A stretch of 64,000 bases of DNA, from positions 10,639 through 74,638 of the forward strand of contig JAFMIA010000002.1 in the NCBI GenBank assembly GCA_017854255.1. Direction: 5' to 3'. The stretch comes from Pseudomonadales bacterium (GTDB lineage: Bacteria > Pseudomonadota > Gammaproteobacteria > Pseudomonadales > Azotimanducaceae). Below are positions 39,610 through 49,632 of the stretch, in pieces. The notes beneath the pieces were generated by a model. That model was not told the origin of the DNA, made no database searches, and saw only the letters and a list, made by a program, of their open reading frames with translations. Positions within the stretch are counted from its first letter, which is position 1. Each line of letters starts with the position of its first letter. A program made the translations under genes and the position numbers.

Positions 39610-40632
39610 ATGAAAGAATATTTCTTCAAGCGCCTCTTATTAATCCCGCCGACCCTCTTGGGCGTCACGATTATTGTCTTCGCCATTACGCGACTGGTCC
39701 CGGGCGGCCCACTCGAGCGCGCCATTATGGAGTCCCAGATGATGGACGCCTCCGGCAGCGGCTTTTCGCAAAGTGCAGGCCAAGGCATGGCGATCTCCGA
39801 GGCGCAGCTCGAGCAACTCAAAGCCTATTATGGATTCGATAAACCGGTGATTGAGAGTTACCTCATTTGGACCGGCAAAGTGCTTACCGGCGATTTAGGC
39901 TCGTCCTATCGCTATAACGAACCGGTTTGGGATGTGATCAAAGCCCGATTTCCTGTCTCGATTTATTACGGACTCATCACGCTGGTTCTAACCTATTTGG
40001 TGTGTATACCCCTCGGGGTTTTAAAGGCCGTCCGTCACCGAACGGCAGTAGACACTATCTCATCGATCCTCATTTTTATCGGTTATGCCATTCCCGGATA
40101 TGCCCTCGGCTCTTTGCTCCTGCTGTATTTTTCGGTTCGCTTGGAATGGCTCCCCATGGGCGGCTTTGTCAGCTTTACCTTCCAAGATAAAACCTTAACA
40201 GGCCAGATCATCGACTTACTCGAGCATTCTGCACTGCCTCTGATTTGTTACATGGTGGGCAGCTTTGCCCTGGTCACACTGCTTTTAAAGAACCACCTAA
40301 TGGACAATTTAGCGGCGGACTATGTTCGCACTGCCATTGCGAAAGGGGTCTCTTTTCGGCAGTCGGTATTAAAGCATGCGCTTCGAAACTCGCTCATTCC
40401 GATTGCAACCACGTTTGGTCAAAATATCACCCTGTTGGTCGGCGGCTCTTTCCTGATTGAGTCCATCTTCGATATTGATGGTTTTGGCCTGCTGGGATTA
40501 ACCTCAATTCTCGATCGAGACTATCCGGTCGTTATGGGCGTCGTGCTCTTAAGCAGCTTTCTGCTTCTGATTGGTAATATTTTATCGGACATCCTAGTCG
40601 CACTGGTGGACCCAAGGATTCGGTTTCAATAA
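39610..40632 (+). CDS. Peptide/opine-type ABC transporter permease (YejB/OppB-like)
   Basis: It has 'YFFKRLLLIPPTLLGVTIIVFAI' and 'DYVRTAIAKGVSFRQSVLKHALRNSLIP', the EAA loop. Confidence 0.88.
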   Translation: MKEYFFKRLLLIPPTLLGVTIIVFAITRLVPGGPLERAIMESQMMDASGSGFSQSAGQGMAISEAQLEQLKAYYGFDKPVIESYLIWTGKVLTGDLGSSYRYNEPVWDVIKARFPVSIYYGLITLVLTYLVCIPLGVLKAVRHRTAVDTISSILIFIGYAIPGYALGSLLLLYFSVRLEWLPMGGFVSFTFQDKTLTGQIIDLLEHSALPLICYMVGSFALVTLLLKNHLMDNLAADYVRTAIAKGVSFRQSVLKHALRNSLIPIATTFGQNITLLVGGSFLIESIFDIDGFGLLGLTSILDRDYPVVMGVVLLSSFLLLIGNILSDILVALVDPRIRFQ

Positions 40633-40634
40633 CG

Positions 40635-41702
40635 ATGTTCAACTTTAATCCCCAAACCCAGAAAAAGCTGGCCCGCTTCAGAAAAATCAAGCTGGGTTAT
40701 TACAGTTTTATTGTGCTCGGCCTGATGCTGTCATTACTATCGGTTGCGGAACTGCTCGTTAACAGCCGAGCCCTGGCCGTGCAGTATGAAGGCGCCCTGT
40801 ACTTTCCGACCTATACTGACTTTCATCCCGGCACCGATTTCGGCCTTAACTACACGTACGAGACCAATTATCGCGATCTCGCCAAGCATTTTAACGATAC
40901 GGATTCATCTAATTGGGTACTCATGCCCCTGGTGCCTTACAACCCCTATGAAAATGACGCAACCGATTCCATTATGCGGCCGGAGGCGCCCAACGCGGCG
41001 CGCCAACACTACTTAGGGACCGACACAACCAGTCGGGATATCTTGGCGCGCTTGGTTTATGGCACGCGGACCGCGCTGCTGTTTGCCTTTGCGTTCATGG
41101 TGAGCGTCTACTTGATAGGCATCATGATTGGCTGCGCTATGGGTTACTTTGGCGGGCTATTTGATCTGGGTTTTCAGCGCATCATTGAGATCTGGTCCAA
41201 TATTCCTTTCCTGTACATGGTCATTATTGTGTTCTCTGTCATTCCCGCAGAAGCCTCGATCCCAGCGCGCATCACCCTTTTGTTACTGGTCATGGTCCTC
41301 TTTAGTTGGACCAGCATGACCTATTATATGCGGACCGAAACCTACAAAGAGAAGTCCCGGGACTATGTTGCCGCCGCTCGGATTATCGGCGCATCGACCC
41401 AGCGTATTATCTTCACCCACATCCTACCCAATGTATTGTCAACGTTGGTGACCTTCATGCCGTTTACCATTGTTTCAGCCATCGCCGCCATTACGGCGCT
41501 CGATTTCTTGGGCTTTGGCCTGCCAGTTCCGACCCCGAGCCTTGGCGAGCTCTTAAAGCAAGGCACCGCCAACCTTCGAACCGCGCCTTGGATCGTGACC
41601 GCCGCCTTCGGCACGCTGGTACTGATCTTGAGTCTCGTTACGTTTATTGGCGAGGCTATTCGGGAATCTTTTGATCCGAAACAATTCACTTTATATCGGT
41701 AA
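40635..41702 (+). CDS. Peptide/opine-type ABC transporter permease (YejE/OppC-like)
   Basis: It has 'HYLGTDTTSRDILARLVYGTR' and 'DYVAAARIIGASTQRIIFTHILPN'. Confidence 0.88.
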   Translation: MFNFNPQTQKKLARFRKIKLGYYSFIVLGLMLSLLSVAELLVNSRALAVQYEGALYFPTYTDFHPGTDFGLNYTYETNYRDLAKHFNDTDSSNWVLMPLVPYNPYENDATDSIMRPEAPNAARQHYLGTDTTSRDILARLVYGTRTALLFAFAFMVSVYLIGIMIGCAMGYFGGLFDLGFQRIIEIWSNIPFLYMVIIVFSVIPAEASIPARITLLLLVMVLFSWTSMTYYMRTETYKEKSRDYVAAARIIGASTQRIIFTHILPNVLSTLVTFMPFTIVSAIAAITALDFLGFGLPVPTPSLGELLKQGTANLRTAPWIVTAAFGTLVLILSLVTFIGEAIRESFDPKQFTLYR

Positions 41703-41708
41703 ACCACT

Positions 41709-43658
41709 ATGACCATGAACCGCTTTGCATTAACCCTAACCACCCTGCTCCTCATGGGCTGCGGATCTGATAAGGACGCAACCCAAGCCCTCCCCAGCGT
41801 CGACAACACCGCAGAGGTCTTGGCATTTTATGAGACCCATGCCGATTTTTTTCGAGCAGGATCAATCGATGACCTGCCGGAGGACTTAGTCTGGGAGGAT
41901 GGCGCGGATCTACCGGAAGTCGGCAGCCCCAAAGCCAAAAAAGGTGGCACAGAATATGTTCGACTGGCGGACTTCCCACGCACCTTAAGAACCGTTGGGC
42001 CCGACTCAAACGGCAGTTTCAGGCCTTGGATTTTAGACGACACCAGCATGGCGCTCGCGCACCGCCATCCTGAGACGCTCGATTACTTTCCGGGCCTTGC
42101 GCTGCGGTGGGCGGTCGATACGGATTCAAAGTCGGTCTTTGTTGAACTCGACCCCAAAGCCACCTGGTCCGACGGCGTGCCGATTACCGCAGACGATTAT
42201 CGCTTTACCTTTTGGTTTTTTAGAACCCGCTACATCACGGCGCCCTGGTACAACAACTGGTATGAGAGCCAGTACACGGGCATTACGAAATATAGCGACC
42301 ACCTCATCTCAATTTCAATCCCGGAACTCAAACCGGATACCGACTCAAAAGTCTTAGAATTAAGGCCCCTGCCGCAACACTTTTACAAAGAAGTCGGAGA
42401 AGATTTTCTTGAGCGCTATCAATGGCGTTTTGCCCCTACAACCGCCGCCTATGTTTTAAAAGATGAAGATTTAAAGAAAGGTCGATCGGTCCGGTTAACC
42501 CGAGATCCAAATTGGTGGGCGGGTGATAAGAAGCATTGGCGTTATCGTTTTAACGTCGACAACATTCATCTCATGGTGATTCGAGACACTGCAAAAGTCT
42601 TTGAAGCGTTCAAGCGCGGCGATATTGATCAATTCGGGCTGAATCTCGCCGAATTTTGGTATGAGAAGCTTCCCGAGACCGATCCAGATGTCGCGGCCGG
42701 CTATATTGAAAGAAAATGGTTTTTCAACGCGCGACCGAGGCCCCCTTACGGATTATGGATCAACACCCATCAACCCCTTCTGGGCGATCAAAATATCCGC
42801 CTCGGCATTCAGCATGCAACCCACTGGCAATTGGTCATCGATCAATTTTTTAGAGGTGACTACGGCCGCTTAAAAACGGCGAACGACGGTTATGGCCCTT
42901 ACAGCCATCCGGATATTAAGGCGAGAGACTTCGATATTGAGCGCGCGGTGGCCTATTTTGAAGCCGCCGGTTTTAATCAACGCGGACCGGACGGCATTCT
43001 TGAGCGCGCCGATGGCACCCGACTGGCCTTTACCGTGTCATCCGGTTACGAAGCGCTAAAGGACGTGCTGACCATTTTGAAAGAAGAAGCCGCAAAAGCC
43101 GGGCTTGAGTTTCGCGTCGAGGTCTTGGATGCCACCGCAGGCTGGAAAAAAGTTCAGGAAAAACAGCACGACATCCATTTTTCCGCTTTTGGTTATGCCT
43201 TGGAGCTTTACCCGCGGTTTTGGGAGACCTTCCATTCGGACAATGCCTATGACAAAGCCTTTTTAGACTCCGGTGCAATTAATCCGGATCGAAAACCAAA
43301 ACCCCAGACCAATAACCTCGAGACCCTCGCGATTCCGCAGATGGATGATTGGATCAATCAATATCGAGGCGAATCGAGAGCGGATGCGATGGTGACATTG
43401 GCCCATAAAATGAGCGAACTGCACCATGACTACGCTTCATTTGTGCCAGGGTTTTATTCTGGATTTTTCCGACTCGGTCACTGGCGGTGGATTCGGTATC
43501 CAGAGCACTTCAGTTACAAACATGCGTCGGGGTCTCAAGAATACTTCGTGCACTGGGTCGATGAAGCGATTAAGACGCAAACCCTCGCGGCTAAAGACTC
43601 AGGCAAGACCTTCCCCGTGCAACTTCAAATCTTTGATCAGTATCGGGCAGCGCCCTAG
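41709..43658 (+). CDS. Family-5 extracellular solute-binding lipoprotein (YejA-like)
   Basis: It has the lipobox 'LLLMGC'. Its length of 649 aa and its operon context fit SBP_bac_5 proteins. Confidence 0.8.
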   Translation: MTMNRFALTLTTLLLMGCGSDKDATQALPSVDNTAEVLAFYETHADFFRAGSIDDLPEDLVWEDGADLPEVGSPKAKKGGTEYVRLADFPRTLRTVGPDSNGSFRPWILDDTSMALAHRHPETLDYFPGLALRWAVDTDSKSVFVELDPKATWSDGVPITADDYRFTFWFFRTRYITAPWYNNWYESQYTGITKYSDHLISISIPELKPDTDSKVLELRPLPQHFYKEVGEDFLERYQWRFAPTTAAYVLKDEDLKKGRSVRLTRDPNWWAGDKKHWRYRFNVDNIHLMVIRDTAKVFEAFKRGDIDQFGLNLAEFWYEKLPETDPDVAAGYIERKWFFNARPRPPYGLWINTHQPLLGDQNIRLGIQHATHWQLVIDQFFRGDYGRLKTANDGYGPYSHPDIKARDFDIERAVAYFEAAGFNQRGPDGILERADGTRLAFTVSSGYEALKDVLTILKEEAAKAGLEFRVEVLDATAGWKKVQEKQHDIHFSAFGYALELYPRFWETFHSDNAYDKAFLDSGAINPDRKPKPQTNNLETLAIPQMDDWINQYRGESRADAMVTLAHKMSELHHDYASFVPGFYSGFFRLGHWRWIRYPEHFSYKHASGSQEYFVHWVDEAIKTQTLAAKDSGKTFPVQLQIFDQYRAAP

Positions 43659-44635
43659 TGACCAAACCATTGCTCTCAGTCACCGGTCTCACGACGGAGT
43701 TTCAAACCGACGAGGGCTTGGTTCGCGCAGTCGATGGCGTGAGTTTTGACTTGCCCCCCGGCGGCACGCTGGGCATCGTTGGCGAATCTGGGTGCGGAAA
43801 GAGCGTCACCGCCCTATCCATCATGGGCTTGTTGCCCCGGCCAAACGGCAATATCCGATCCGGCAAGATCAACTACCAAGGTGAGGATCTCGCCGCAGCA
43901 GACAACACCCGACTGCAACGTATCCGCGGCAATGAAATCTCCATGGTCTTTCAAGAACCGATGACCGCGCTCAACCCAGTGCACACCATTGGCCGACAGC
44001 TCACAGAAGTGGTGGCAATTCACACAGACCAATCCCCTGCTGAGCAAATCAGAACCGCCGTTTTGATGCTGCAGCGCGTCGGGATACCTGCGCCCGAACT
44101 CAGAATGACCGAATACCCACATCAACTATCCGGCGGCATGCGACAACGCGTGGTGATTGCGATTGCATTAATCTGCGAGCCACTTTTGTTGATTGCGGAT
44201 GAACCCACGACCGCATTGGACGTCACTATCCAAGCCCAAATTTTGGACCTCATTTCTTCTCTGCAGAAAGATTTCGGTATGGCCATGATCATGATTACCC
44301 ACGATTTGGGCGTGATCGCGGAGACCTGCGAGCAGGTGGTTGTCATGTACGCGGGCCAGGTTGTCGAACAAGGATCCGTTTTTGATATTTTTGATCGCCC
44401 AAAACATCCCTATACCCAGGGCCTGCTTCGATCGATTCCGAAACTCACCGACAAACCGAAGCAACCCCTGGACATCATCCCGGGCATGGTGCCGAGCCTG
44501 CACGACTTACCCGTTGGCTGCCGGTTTGCAAACCGCTGCCAACACAGAGCCGCTGAGTGTGACGACGCCGGACTAACCGTTGACGCGGTCACAGAGGCTC
44601 ACAGCGTGCGGTGTTTAAAATGGCGGCAACTATGA
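43658..44635 (+). CDS. ABC transporter ATP-binding protein (DppD/OppD-like)
   Basis: It has Walker A 'GESGCGKS', signature 'LSGGMRQR', Walker B '[12 protein letters not shown]' and the C-terminal oligopeptide-type extension. Confidence 0.92.
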   Translation: MTKPLLSVTGLTTEFQTDEGLVRAVDGVSFDLPPGGTLGIVGESGCGKSVTALSIMGLLPRPNGNIRSGKINYQGEDLAAADNTRLQRIRGNEISMVFQEPMTALNPVHTIGRQLTEVVAIHTDQSPAEQIRTAVLMLQRVGIPAPELRMTEYPHQLSGGMRQRVVIAIALICEPLLLIADEPTTALDVTIQAQILDLISSLQKDFGMAMIMITHDLGVIAETCEQVVVMYAGQVVEQGSVFDIFDRPKHPYTQGLLRSIPKLTDKPKQPLDIIPGMVPSLHDLPVGCRFANRCQHRAAECDDAGLTVDAVTEAHSVRCLKWRQL

Positions 44636-45606
44636 CCGCGCCTTTGCTCGAGGTACAGGGCCTTAAAATGCATTTCCCTGTGAAATCCGGGTTTTTCAGC
44701 CGGACCAAGGCCCGGAACTTTGCCGTCGATGGTGTGAACTTGACCATCAACTCAGGCGAAACCCTAGGACTCGTCGGGGAGTCCGGGTGCGGAAAATCAA
44801 CCCTCGGCCGATGCATTAGCCGGTTGTATCAACCCACCGCGGGTGAGATTTTGTTTAAACAGACCAATCTGGCACGGATGAGTCACCGTCAACTCCTGCC
44901 CTATCGACAAAATATTCAGATGATTTTTCAAGATCCGATGGAATCCTTAAACGCCCGCCATACGGTCGGCGAAATTCTAGAGGAACCGTTCCTCATTCAC
45001 GGCATTGGAAACGCGCAAACCCGACGTCAGTCTGTGTCAAAACTGCTCGACACGGTGGGCCTGCCAGCGCGTTCGGCATCTCGCTACCCGTTTGAGTTTT
45101 CAGGCGGACAGCGCCAACGCATCGGCATAGCACGCGCAATTGCACTCAAGCCCGAGCTCATTATTTGCGATGAGCCTGTTTCAGCACTGGATGTCTCGAT
45201 TCAAAGTCAGATTTTGAATCTATTGATGGATCTACAGAAAGAATTCAATCTTGCTTACCTTTTCATCGCGCATGACCTCGCGGTCGTGAAGCATATCTCA
45301 GACCGCGTTGCGATTATGTATTTAGGTAAAATTGTCGAGCAAGCCAGCAGCAATGAAATTTATCACCGGCCGTTTCATCCCTATACTCAGTCCTTAATTT
45401 CCGCCATTCCGATCCCCGATCCGCATCACAAAACAACGCGGATATTACTAAAGGGCGATGTGCCGTCGCCCATCTCGCCGCCTTCTGGCTGCGCGTTTCA
45501 TACAAGATGCCCCAAAGCCCAGCCGTCGTGCCAACACGAGGCGCCAATCCTCGAGTCGGTTGCACCAGAGCACATTGCAGCCTGCCATTTTGCTGAAGCG
45601 CCTTGA
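44632..45606 (+). CDS. ABC transporter ATP-binding protein (DppF/OppF-like)
   Basis: It has 'GESGCGKST', 'FSGGQRQR' and '[12 protein letters not shown]'. Its ATG overlaps the upstream stop (ATGA at 44632-44635). Confidence 0.92.
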   Translation: MTAPLLEVQGLKMHFPVKSGFFSRTKARNFAVDGVNLTINSGETLGLVGESGCGKSTLGRCISRLYQPTAGEILFKQTNLARMSHRQLLPYRQNIQMIFQDPMESLNARHTVGEILEEPFLIHGIGNAQTRRQSVSKLLDTVGLPARSASRYPFEFSGGQRQRIGIARAIALKPELIICDEPVSALDVSIQSQILNLLMDLQKEFNLAYLFIAHDLAVVKHISDRVAIMYLGKIVEQASSNEIYHRPFHPYTQSLISAIPIPDPHHKTTRILLKGDVPSPISPPSGCAFHTRCPKAQPSCQHEAPILESVAPEHIAACHFAEAP

Positions 45607-45825
45607 CGGGTTAAATAAGGCCTTTTTCGGCCGCGCCCGCACATCAAAGTAGCCTATAAGTCGCGGCACCGATGACTGCCTTGTCTTCACCCGTGTTTAA
45701 GGCCTTACTGAGCATGATTTTTTGGCACCGAGGCCGCGCGTCTCGACGGTTTTGCGTTATCATTCCTTTATTAACGCCCCGATCAACATCGGGCATCATC
45801 ACGAGGCCGCCAGAGGACAAAGCCC

Positions 45826-46419
45826 TTGGACATCCGTCAAAACATGAAACGCATCATGGATGCAGAGGCCGCGGCAATCCGTGATATTGCAATTACCGAT
45901 GCCTTCGAAGACGGCGTGCAATTGCTCATGGCGACACCCGGCCGCGTTATTACAACCGGGATTGGTAAAGCAGGTTTTATCGCCAGAAAATTCGCAGCAA
46001 CGCTTGCCTCTACCGGCACGCCTGCTTTTTTTATTCATCCAGCAGAAGCCGGTCACGGTGATTTAGGGATGGTCACTGAGCACGATGCCATTGTCGCGTT
46101 TTCAACCAGCGGCAAGTCGACTGAAGTCATCCAGACCCTCCAAATCGCCCGCACCCTCGGGGTGTCCCGAATCGTTGGCGTCACATCCCATCCAGACTCG
46201 CCCATGCGCAGCTTTTGCGAAGTGATCTTAGACATGGGTTCCGATTTGGTAGAGCCTTGCCCGCTCAACCTCACCCCGAGCGCCTCAATTGCGGTGATGC
46301 TCGCCATTAGTGATGCGGTTGCCTTGACCCTTATGGAGCTTAAAGCCTTCACCAAAGAGGACTACGGCCGTCGACATCACAGCGGCTACTTAGGCAGCAT
46401 CACGCGACCTTCCGATTAA
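45826..46419 (+). CDS. SIS-domain sugar-phosphate isomerase, KpsF/GutQ-like N-terminal domain only (no CBS pair)
   Basis: 'GRVITTGIGKAGFIARKFAATLASTGTPAFFIHPAEAGHGDLGMV...AFSTSGKSTE' closely follows the KpsF SIS pattern. The protein ends at 197 aa. The start is TTG 45826 or ATG 45844. Confidence 0.75.
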   Translation: MDIRQNMKRIMDAEAAAIRDIAITDAFEDGVQLLMATPGRVITTGIGKAGFIARKFAATLASTGTPAFFIHPAEAGHGDLGMVTEHDAIVAFSTSGKSTEVIQTLQIARTLGVSRIVGVTSHPDSPMRSFCEVILDMGSDLVEPCPLNLTPSASIAVMLAISDAVALTLMELKAFTKEDYGRRHHSGYLGSITRPSD

Positions 46420-46438
46420 GCCGCTTTAAAGAGCCGTT

Positions 46439-47344
46439 ATGCCCTCTCTGGACCCAAAAATTCTCGCGAAGCACTATGTCAAGACCACGCGCACGATCGT
46501 TGAGACCTTAAGCGCGCGGCCTAAAGTGCTCGGCTTGATCGCGAGCAAAGATGAACCGTCACTGGCCTATGCGCGCGCCACGCAGCAACGCTTCATCGAA
46601 ACTGGCATGGATTATGAGCTCAAGCGCGTCAACCGCTTAGATCTTGAAGCCGCCATCGACGCGGCGAATCTCGACCCGTCAATCCACGGCATCTTCATTT
46701 ACTTCCCGATTTTTGGCAACCAACAGGACGACTACCTCCGGAATTTGGTTGATTTCACAAAGGATGTCGAAGCGGGCAGCCAGTATTGGACGCGCAAGCT
46801 TTACGCCAATGAACGCACCATCGAATTCGATGGTGTGCTTAAAAAGGCTGTACTACCTTGCACGCCCCTTGCGATCATAAAATTGTTGGTTGAACTCGAG
46901 GTCTATCCTCAAAACCGATCGACAATAGCACGCCCACTCGCCGGCAAAACCGTTACGATTTTTAATCGCAGCGAGGTGATCGGGCGACCTTTGGCAATCA
47001 TGATGTCGAATGACGGCGCGCGGGTACTCTCCTTTGATGAGTTCGGTCCACTTTGCTTCGAAGATGCCCGAGCCCAAGAAATCGACATCGCTCGCGCACA
47101 AGCTTTAAGCGCGTCTGATATCGTCATTACCGGTGTGCCGAGCCCGCACTTTCCCCAGATCATGCCCGCAGAGGTTCAACCTGGAACGGTTTGTGTTAAT
47201 TTTTCAAGCTACAACAACTTTCATGAAAGCATTATCGAGCATACGCCCATTTTTGTGCCCCGAATTGGCCCCATGACGGTTGCCATGTGCATGCGCAATG
47301 CACTCAGGCTTTATCAAAACTTCCATCATGGATCTCAGCCTTGA
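46439..47344 (+). CDS. Monofunctional 5,10-methylene-tetrahydrofolate dehydrogenase, yeast MTD1-like
   Basis: It matches S. cerevisiae Mtd1 as I recall it. The blocks are 'GIFIYFPIFGNQQDDYL' vs 'GIMVYFPVFGNAQDQYL', 'VLPCTPLAIIKLLVELEVY' vs 'ILPCTPLAIVKILEFLKIY', 'FNRSEVIGRPLAIMMSNDGARVLSFD' vs 'INRSEIVGRPLAALLANDGATVYSVD', and 'DIVITGVPS' vs 'DVVITGVPS'. Confidence 0.85.
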   Translation: MPSLDPKILAKHYVKTTRTIVETLSARPKVLGLIASKDEPSLAYARATQQRFIETGMDYELKRVNRLDLEAAIDAANLDPSIHGIFIYFPIFGNQQDDYLRNLVDFTKDVEAGSQYWTRKLYANERTIEFDGVLKKAVLPCTPLAIIKLLVELEVYPQNRSTIARPLAGKTVTIFNRSEVIGRPLAIMMSNDGARVLSFDEFGPLCFEDARAQEIDIARAQALSASDIVITGVPSPHFPQIMPAEVQPGTVCVNFSSYNNFHESIIEHTPIFVPRIGPMTVAMCMRNALRLYQNFHHGSQP

Positions 47345-47928
47345 CTCAGAATCAAACCGTTGAAGACTGGCTTAAAGCCGTTTCGAGCAGACAACCCACA
47401 CCCGGGGGGGGTAGCGTTGCGGCGCACATCGGAGCGAATGCCACAGCGTTATTTGCGATGGTCACTCGATTTAGTCGTAACCCGCCCTTTGGTCCGACGT
47501 TTGCTGACGCACTGGACCAGCACACAGCACGCTTTTTGGCGCTCGGGGCAGATGATGCAGCGGGTTATCAGCAGCTCAAAAAAACCCTTAAACAGGCCAA
47601 AACCCAAACGATCAATCAAGCGGATCTGGATGCGGGTTATATTGCCGCTGCCGATGCGCCAATGAGAATCTATGAACTCACGGCGCTGGTCGCCAGACAG
47701 CTCATCGCCGTTTATCCAAACACCAATCCCAATCTGGCTTCTGATACCCAAATGGCGGTGCTCCTGCTTGAGGCAACCTTTGCGTCAGCCTTACTTAATA
47801 TTCGAATCAATCTAAAGTACTGCCAAAACTCAGCTCTAACGAACGCGATTGAAGCGAGAATACAAGCGCATCGGCAAACCCGGCAAACCCTCCAAACCCT
47901 CGCGCCCGCTGAACCTGAGCCAAGATGA
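47341..47928 (+). CDS. fchA: Methenyl-tetrahydrofolate cyclohydrolase (FchA / cyclodeaminase-fold family)
   Basis: 'EDWLKAVSSRQPTPGGGSVAAHIGANATAL' matches the FchA/FTCD-C 'PTPGGG' N-terminal motif, and the rest is all-helical. The preferred start, TTG 47341, overlaps the upstream stop (TTGA). The alternative is GTG 47287. Confidence 0.8.
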   Translation: MTQNQTVEDWLKAVSSRQPTPGGGSVAAHIGANATALFAMVTRFSRNPPFGPTFADALDQHTARFLALGADDAAGYQQLKKTLKQAKTQTINQADLDAGYIAAADAPMRIYELTALVARQLIAVYPNTNPNLASDTQMAVLLLEATFASALLNIRINLKYCQNSALTNAIEARIQAHRQTRQTLQTLAPAEPEPR

Positions 47929-49070
47929 GTGTCATCAGAGCGGTGACCACCGGCCTACTCGCGGCGGTTGCCCTTGCCGGCTGCAGCAGCTTACAACCTG
48001 GCGAGCCTCGGACCACCAGTCCAGCAAGCGGTAATCAAGGATTCCTTCGAACCCAGTTAGAGCAGGCGCTCTTCAATGAGATTGTTGTGCGTTTTTCAGC
48101 GGCTCATCCGGGCCCTCTTGAACCCAAAGATTATCAAAATCTGCTCACTGAACTGGAACAAACCGTTGCTTTAACCGAGATCTCAAGCCTGCAGCAACAA
48201 ACGCTGAACGCCTTGCGCAAATCTGCCCAGCCGCATCCACCAGAGGAACCAGCGCCCGGCTTGGCCGCGTGGGTTGCGCAAGAACTCGCGGCATTAAGAC
48301 GCATCCGGGCGTCCCTTGGCACCACAGACCCTGGGCTTTTTCAGACGGTGGGCCCAACCCGTGCAGCGCGACAACAGTTTTTGGGTCTCATCGAAGCAAG
48401 TATCGAAACACATCGCGTACTGAACCCGCTTGGCTTACGGTTTTCTGACCTACCGCCCCTGCTTGTAAAGCCGTCTTTGCTCGACGCCCAGTCCGCTTTT
48501 TTTTATCAACCCGATGACGCAAGCATTCGCATTACGGCCGCGAGCTTTAACGATCTGAGTTTTCCCGAAGCCGAAGTAATCGCGCTCATTCACGGTCTAC
48601 CTGGCAGTCACTTTCTAAGACAACAAATCGGCACACCGTTATTCTCTGACGCGCAAACTGAGAATCAAAACGCCATGGCGATCTTACTGCTGGCAGCAAT
48701 GGGGCACGTTGCGTTTTATCAAACCCCCTACTCCCAGATTGCACGAATCGATTTTTTGACCCTGAGCCTTGCTCGCTACCAGAAAGCGATGCGTCCGGCA
48801 CAAACCTTTGCGCAGTTCAAGGCATCGATTGGACCGAGCCACTATGCGCCAGACAGATTGCAGCGAGCCTTTAGCAGCGCTGCGGCTTTGCCTCGCGCAC
48901 TCATCCTGCAAGGCCACGCGCTCAGATCTTTGAGCACAAAGACAGACCTATCCATCAGTGCGGCACAAACCCACGAGGCAACGCTCACAAAAGCGCAACG
49001 CAATGGCCTTTTGCGTCATCTCAATAGGCTGGCTTGGCCCTTGGATGCGGTGGACAGCGCCTCAGAATAA
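47925..49070 (+). CDS. Hypothetical lipoprotein, translationally coupled to fchA
   Basis: It has the lipobox 'LALAGC' and overlaps fchA as ATGA. 'IALIHGLPGSHFLRQQ' faintly resembles a degenerate DUF885 'HExxPGHHxQ' motif, which is speculative. Confidence 0.55.
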   Translation: MSVIRAVTTGLLAAVALAGCSSLQPGEPRTTSPASGNQGFLRTQLEQALFNEIVVRFSAAHPGPLEPKDYQNLLTELEQTVALTEISSLQQQTLNALRKSAQPHPPEEPAPGLAAWVAQELAALRRIRASLGTTDPGLFQTVGPTRAARQQFLGLIEASIETHRVLNPLGLRFSDLPPLLVKPSLLDAQSAFFYQPDDASIRITAASFNDLSFPEAEVIALIHGLPGSHFLRQQIGTPLFSDAQTENQNAMAILLLAAMGHVAFYQTPYSQIARIDFLTLSLARYQKAMRPAQTFAQFKASIGPSHYAPDRLQRAFSSAAALPRALILQGHALRSLSTKTDLSISAAQTHEATLTKAQRNGLLRHLNRLAWPLDAVDSASE

Positions 49071-49119
49071 GCGCTCGGCCGTCGATCGGACCCGACCGGT
49101 CGGTCTAAACCCAACAACC

Positions 49120-49569
49120 TTATGATCCAGTTCGTGCGGGCCACCGTCTTCGATGCGCTCGGCCAAACCGGTAATCAATGGCATGTGCTTCGTGGATCGA
49201 TAATTCAAACAGAACCGTTCTGGCGGCGGGCCGATAGTTTGAAACAGACTCCGCTAAGACGCGCAAGGCGCCATCGGTCACCGCTTGCACCTGACCATTT
49301 AGGATAAACTCACCGCTACTGCCAGAACTGTCGTTCATCGCACAATGCAAGCTATACCAACCACTGCTCAGCAAATCTTGTGCCTTCGGCGTGCTCGGTT
49401 CAACGAATAAGAAACAATGGCCGGCGCCAATAATGGGGGTTACTGGATGCAGCCTCGGCTTTGCATCCTCTCGTACCGTCGCTAAATAGGCGAGTTTGCC
49501 ATCCAGACGCTGAGACCCAAATGCGGCAATTTCTGGAGCAGCTGCTTCAAGTTCGCGCCAACTGTACAT
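49120..49569 (-). CDS. Pyridoxamine 5'-phosphate oxidase-like FMN-binding split-barrel protein
   Basis: 149 aa. The pattern 'LAYLATVREDAKPRLHPV...FLFVEPSTPKAQDL' is typical of the PNPOx-like family. Confidence 0.6.
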   Translation of the reverse strand: MYSWRELEAAAPEIAAFGSQRLDGKLAYLATVREDAKPRLHPVTPIIGAGHCFLFVEPSTPKAQDLLSSGWYSLHCAMNDSSGSSGEFILNGQVQAVTDGALRVLAESVSNYRPAARTVLFELSIHEAHAIDYRFGRAHRRRWPARTGS

Positions 49570-49632
49570 GGTTAGAAATCCTTCAGAGACGTTTTAACTT
49601 TATCATTGATCAATCGATCTTTCAGGCCCTGT

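Noticed and set aside
41363-41809. Long antisense or alternative-frame ORFs from the six-frame track. Examples are 41363-41809(-), 3120-3533(+), 13742-14068(-), 17318-17695(+), 23957-24457(-) and 61452-61874(-).
   Set aside because: Each lies entirely inside a confidently identified gene on the other strand or in another frame. Their translations are Arg/Pro/Ser/Ala-rich and low in complexity, as expected from GC-rich antisense frames. None shows a motif I recognise.
45607-45825. A possible ZTP (pfl) riboswitch upstream of the C1-folate operon or of purH, since that riboswitch commonly controls folD, purH and fhs-type genes.
   Set aside because: The spacer has 'GAUGACUGCC' and 'GGCCGCCAGAGG', but not the conserved 'GACUGGCG ... 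CCGCCUGGGC' elements or their pseudoknot complementarity. The exact 'CCGCCTGGG' strings I found (about 2388, about 25770, about 60445) all lie inside coding sequences. A covariance-model scan would settle this.
47871-47900. Short in-frame nucleotide repeats inside genes. Examples are GGCAAACCC x2 plus TCCAAACCC at the fchA 3' end ('RQTRQTLQTL') and GTCGATGACGCG x2 at about 31518-31541 ('VDDAVDDA').
   Set aside because: These are small coding-sequence duplications in low-complexity tails or linkers. There is no evidence of function beyond ordinary slippage.
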